64,000 nucleotides of DNA, from NCBI RefSeq assembly GCF_013167455.1, contig NZ_CP038328.1; one strand, 5' to 3'. A program made the position numbers and the translations under genes. This stretch comes from Escherichia coli O157:H7. Lineage in GTDB: Bacteria > Pseudomonadota > Gammaproteobacteria > Enterobacterales > Enterobacteriaceae. Positions within the stretch are counted from its first letter, which is position 1, and the number at the start of each line of letters is the position of its first letter. Below are positions 60,659-64,000 of the stretch, piece after piece. The notes beneath the pieces are model-generated. The model ran no database searches. It was not told the origin of the DNA and worked only from the letters and a program-made list of their open reading frames with translations.

Positions 60659-63100
60659 TCACTCTGCCACTTTTTTCTTCGCCGCACGCTTCGCTTTGGT
60701 CGCTGCAGCTATTTTCTGCGTTTTCGCCGATGGCTTTTTCGCTTTTCTCGCGTCTTTCTTCGCTGCTTTCGGCTTCGTTTTTTTCTCACCGCGGAAGGCG
60801 CTGTCTGGCTCAAAGTTTACCTTTTTACCGACCTGACGACGCTTGCCGCCTTTTTTACCTGCATCGCCTTTTTTCGCTTTCTCGCGCGCCGTTTTACCGA
60901 CGTTGCGCGGTGCGCGTTCGCTGGAGATCAGGCTAAAGTCGATTTTGCGCTCGTCCATATTAACCGCTTCGACGCGAACTTCCACGCGATCGCCCAGGCG
61001 ATAAGTCTGGCCGCTGGATTCACCCATCAGGCGTTGCCCTACCTGGTCAAAGCGATAGTAGTCATTGTCCAGCGAAGAGACATGGACCAGCCCATCAATG
61101 AACAAGTCGTCCAGACGGACGAAGAAGCCAAAGCCAGTGACGCTGGAAATTACGCCTTTAAAGACGTTACCTACCTGGTCGAGCATGAAGTCACACTTCA
61201 GCCAGTCAGACACATCGCGCGTTGCTTCGTCGGCACGACGTTCCGCCATCGAACAGTGCTGACCCAATTGCAGCATCTCTTCCATCGAATAATGGTAGCC
61301 ACCGGTTTCAGTGGTGTTGCCCTGATGCCCCTGCTCTTTCGCCAGCAGATACTTAATGGCGCGGTGCAGCATCAGGTCAGGATAACGACGAATCGGCGAA
61401 GTAAAGTGCGCATAGGACTGCAATGCCAGGCCAAAGTGACCACGGTTTTCCGGATCGTAAATCGCCTGTTTCATCGAGCGCAGCAGCATGGTTTGCAGCA
61501 TTTCTGCATCAGGACGGTCGGCAACCGACTCCAGCAGCTCCGCGTAGTCGCGCGGTTCCGGCTTGTTACCGCCCGGCAGTTCCAGCCCCAGCTCTGCCAG
61601 CACTGAACGGAAAGAGGTAATCGCTTCGGTGCTCGGCTTGTCGTGAATACGGAACAGTGCCGGTTCTTTCGCTTTCTCAACGAAACGCGCCGCCGAGATA
61701 TTCGCCAGAATCATGCACTCTTCAATTAACTTGTGTGCGTCGTTACGCTGAGTCTGTTCGATACGTTCAATACGGCGTTCAGCGTTGAAAATGAACTTCG
61801 CTTCTTCGCTCTCAAATGAGATCCCGCCGCGTTCTTCACGGGCTTTATCCAGCACTTTATAGAGGTTATGCAACTCTTCGAGATGCTTAACCAGCGGGGC
61901 GTACTGCTCGCGCAGATCCTGATCGCCCTGCAGAATATGCCAGACTTTGGTGTAGGTCAGACGCGCGTGAGAGCTCATCACCGCTTCGTAGAATTTGTAG
62001 CCAGTCAGGCGGCCTTTCGACGAAACCGTCATCTCGCACACCATACACAGGCGGTCTACCTGCGGATTGAGCGAGCACAGACCGTTAGAGAGCACTTCCG
62101 GCAGCATCGGGATAACCTGCGAAGGGAAGTACACCGACGTACCACGGTTACGCGCTTCTCTGTCCAGCGGCGTTGGCGGACGCACATAGTAGCTGACGTC
62201 AGCAATCGCGACCCATAAACGCCAGCCGCCGCCGCGTTTTTTCTCGCAGTAAACCGCATCGTCAAAGTCACGGGCGTCTTCGCCATCAATGGTGACCAGC
62301 GGTAAATCGCGCAAATCGACACGGCCCGCTTTTGCTTCTTCCGGCACTTCTTCTTTCAGCCCAGCAACCTGTTGCTCAACAGCCTGCGGCCAGATGTACG
62401 GAATTTCATGGGTACGCAGAGCGATATCAACCGCCATGCCCGTGCCCATATTGTCGCCCAGCACTTCGACGATTTTACCCACCGCTTTGGTACGGCGAGT
62501 CGGGCGTTGGGTCAGTTCAACAACCACCACAAAGCCCATCCGCGCGCCCATGATCTGATCGGGCGGGATTAAGATATCGAAGCTCAGACGGCTATCGTCA
62601 GGAACCACAAAGCCGACGCCCGCTTCGGTAAAGTAGCGACCAACAATCTGGCTGGTTTTTGGCACCAGTACGCGGACAATACGCGCTTCACGACGACCTT
62701 TACGGTCAGCACCCAGCGGCTGAGCCAGCACCTGATCGCCATGAATGCAGGTTTTCATCTGCTCGCTGGAGAGATACAAATCATCTTTACGCCCTTCAAC
62801 CCGCAGAAAGCCGTAGCCATCACGGTGGCCAATAACGGTACCTTTCACCAGGTCGAGGCGTTCCGGCAGCGCATAGCACTGACGACGAGTAAAGACCAGT
62901 TGACCATCGCGCTCCATCGCGCGCAGGCGGCGACGCAGGCCTTCAAGCTGCTCTTCGCCTTCAATGTGCAGTTCTACCGCCAGCTCATCACGGCTGGCCG
63001 GTTTTTCACATTTGGTTAAATGTTCGAGGATAAATTCCCGACTAGGGATGGGATTCGCGTATTTTTCAGCTTCGCGTTCCTGGAAAGGATCTTGTGACAT
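60659..63100 (-). CDS. rnr: ribonuclease R (3'-5' exoribonuclease), 813 aa
   Basis: ORF-track 60659..63142 trimmed to the ATG giving [20 protein letters not shown]; RNB catalytic domain, S1 domain and Lys-rich C-terminal tail. Confidence 0.95.
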   Translation of the reverse strand: MSQDPFQEREAEKYANPIPSREFILEHLTKCEKPASRDELAVELHIEGEEQLEGLRRRLRAMERDGQLVFTRRQCYALPERLDLVKGTVIGHRDGYGFLRVEGRKDDLYLSSEQMKTCIHGDQVLAQPLGADRKGRREARIVRVLVPKTSQIVGRYFTEAGVGFVVPDDSRLSFDILIPPDQIMGARMGFVVVVELTQRPTRRTKAVGKIVEVLGDNMGTGMAVDIALRTHEIPYIWPQAVEQQVAGLKEEVPEEAKAGRVDLRDLPLVTIDGEDARDFDDAVYCEKKRGGGWRLWVAIADVSYYVRPPTPLDREARNRGTSVYFPSQVIPMLPEVLSNGLCSLNPQVDRLCMVCEMTVSSKGRLTGYKFYEAVMSSHARLTYTKVWHILQGDQDLREQYAPLVKHLEELHNLYKVLDKAREERGGISFESEEAKFIFNAERRIERIEQTQRNDAHKLIEECMILANISAARFVEKAKEPALFRIHDKPSTEAITSFRSVLAELGLELPGGNKPEPRDYAELLESVADRPDAEMLQTMLLRSMKQAIYDPENRGHFGLALQSYAHFTSPIRRYPDLMLHRAIKYLLAKEQGHQGNTTETGGYHYSMEEMLQLGQHCSMAERRADEATRDVSDWLKCDFMLDQVGNVFKGVISSVTGFGFFVRLDDLFIDGLVHVSSLDNDYYRFDQVGQRLMGESSGQTYRLGDRVEVRVEAVNMDERKIDFSLISSERAPRNVGKTAREKAKKGDAGKKGGKRRQVGKKVNFEPDSAFRGEKKTKPKAAKKDARKAKKPSAKTQKIAAATKAKRAAKKKVAE

Positions 63101-63138
63101 CTCGGTTCCTCCGTTGTCATCTCTGATGAAGATTTTCG

Positions 63139-63564
63139 TCACTCCACCAGCAATAATTTATAAAGCGGTTGATTCTCTTCAACCAAATCGGCAAGCGTGT
63201 AGTTATCCAGTTCCGTAAGAAAACTTTGCACGGCCTTAGAAAGCGCCTGTTTCAACCGACAGGCAGGTGTAATGTGGCAAAACTCACTGCTGCAATTCAC
63301 CAGCGATAAGGGCTCCAGCTCGCGCACCACATCACCAATACGTATCGCACTCGCCGGTTTACCCAGGCGAATGCCGCCATTTTTTCCACGAACAGCAGTC
63401 ACGTAGCCGGCACGACTAAGTTGATTGATTATTTTGACCATATGATTACGGGAGACGCCGTAGACGTCAGTCACTTCAGAAATACTGGTCATCCGCCCTT
63501 CTGGCAATGACGCCATGTAGATCAGCGCACGTAATCCGTAATCAGTGAAACTCGTTAACTGCAC
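63139..63564 (-). CDS. nsrR: NO-sensing Rrf2-family repressor NsrR, 141 aa
   Basis: Full [53 protein letters not shown]...; three-Cys cluster motif. Confidence 0.95.
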
Positions 63565-63768
63565 ATCAACCTCAAAAGGGAAATCGGGAAAAAATACATT
63601 TATATTGATGATAAACCAGCCACAAGCTGTGTCGCTAATTTATTTCAGTTCGGGGAAGGAAAAAAGCGAGGATTTAACACTGTGTCGGATAGCGTAATGG
63701 CTTAACCGACACAGCAATGTATCACACTGTTAGCCCGGCAGGCAAAATATCTGCCAGGCGTACCAGAA

Positions 63769-64000
63769 TTACGCGTCGAACGGGTCGCGCAGAATCATGG
63801 TTTCAGTACGATCCGGACCGGTAGAGATGATATCGATCGGTACACCGGTCAGCTCTTCAATGCGCTTGATGTAGTTCAGCGCCGCCTGCGGCAGGCCGCT
63901 ACGATCTTTCACGCCGAAGGTGGATTCAGACCAGCCCGGCATGGTTTCGTAAATCGGCTCTACACCTTTCCAGTCGTCAGCTGCCAGCGGAGTGGTAGTC
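63769..64000 (-). CDS. purA: adenylosuccinate synthetase, C-terminal ~77 codons (5' part of gene beyond window end)
   Basis: Reverse strand ends ...LRDPFDA-stop at ~63769, matching the PurA C-terminus; frame open to the window end. Confidence 0.9.

Overview
This window is Escherichia coli chromosome with K-12-like gene order (the ~95-96 min region, read here in reverse orientation relative to MG1655 numbering), and almost all of it is conserved core genome. Gene order (' marks a gene cut by the window edge): mgtA' (with mgtL leader) / treR-treB-treC / nrdD-nrdG / cybC / pmbA / yjgA / mpl / fbp / yjfF-ytfT-ytfR-ytfQ / ppa / chpB-chpS / ytfP-tamB-tamA / msrA / ytfL / ytfK / ytfJ / ytfI / cysQ / cpdB / ytfH / qorB(ytfG) / ytfF / ytfE / cycA / fklB / ytfB / [IS200/IS605-family insertion, tnpB + tnpA, splitting ytfA] / yjfZ / rplI-rpsR-priB-rpsF / yjfY / ulaFEDCBA / ulaG / ulaR / yjfP / bsmA / yjfN / aidB / yjfC-yjfM-yjfL-yjfK-yjfJ-yjfI / rlmB-rnr-nsrR / purA'. 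I found no CRISPR array, tRNA, rRNA, prophage or integrase, and no clear novel multi-gene defence island. The features most worth a second look are: (1) an approx. 1.75 kb IS200/IS605-family element whose TnpB has an intact RuvC triad and zinc finger, so it is a candidate RNA-guided (OMEGA-type) nuclease; (2) the six-gene yjfIJKLMC cluster combining a PspA/IM30-like protein with membrane proteins and an ATP-grasp enzyme, none with a defined function as far as I know; (3) the AT-rich orphan genes ytfI and yjfZ; (4) two perfect DnaA-box 9-mers in the nrdD 5' region; (5) a 17-18 bp tandem repeat between ytfL and ytfK. Gene identities rest on my recognition of the translated proteins, not on database searches. 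The ORF track uses ATG/GTG/TTG starts and reports the longest ORF, so several CDS starts were moved to the internal start matching the known N-terminus. Coordinates of hairpins, boxes and repeats were counted by eye and may be off by 1-2 nt; at ulaD my by-eye reading of the displayed sequence disagreed with the ORF track by 1 nt and I used the track value.
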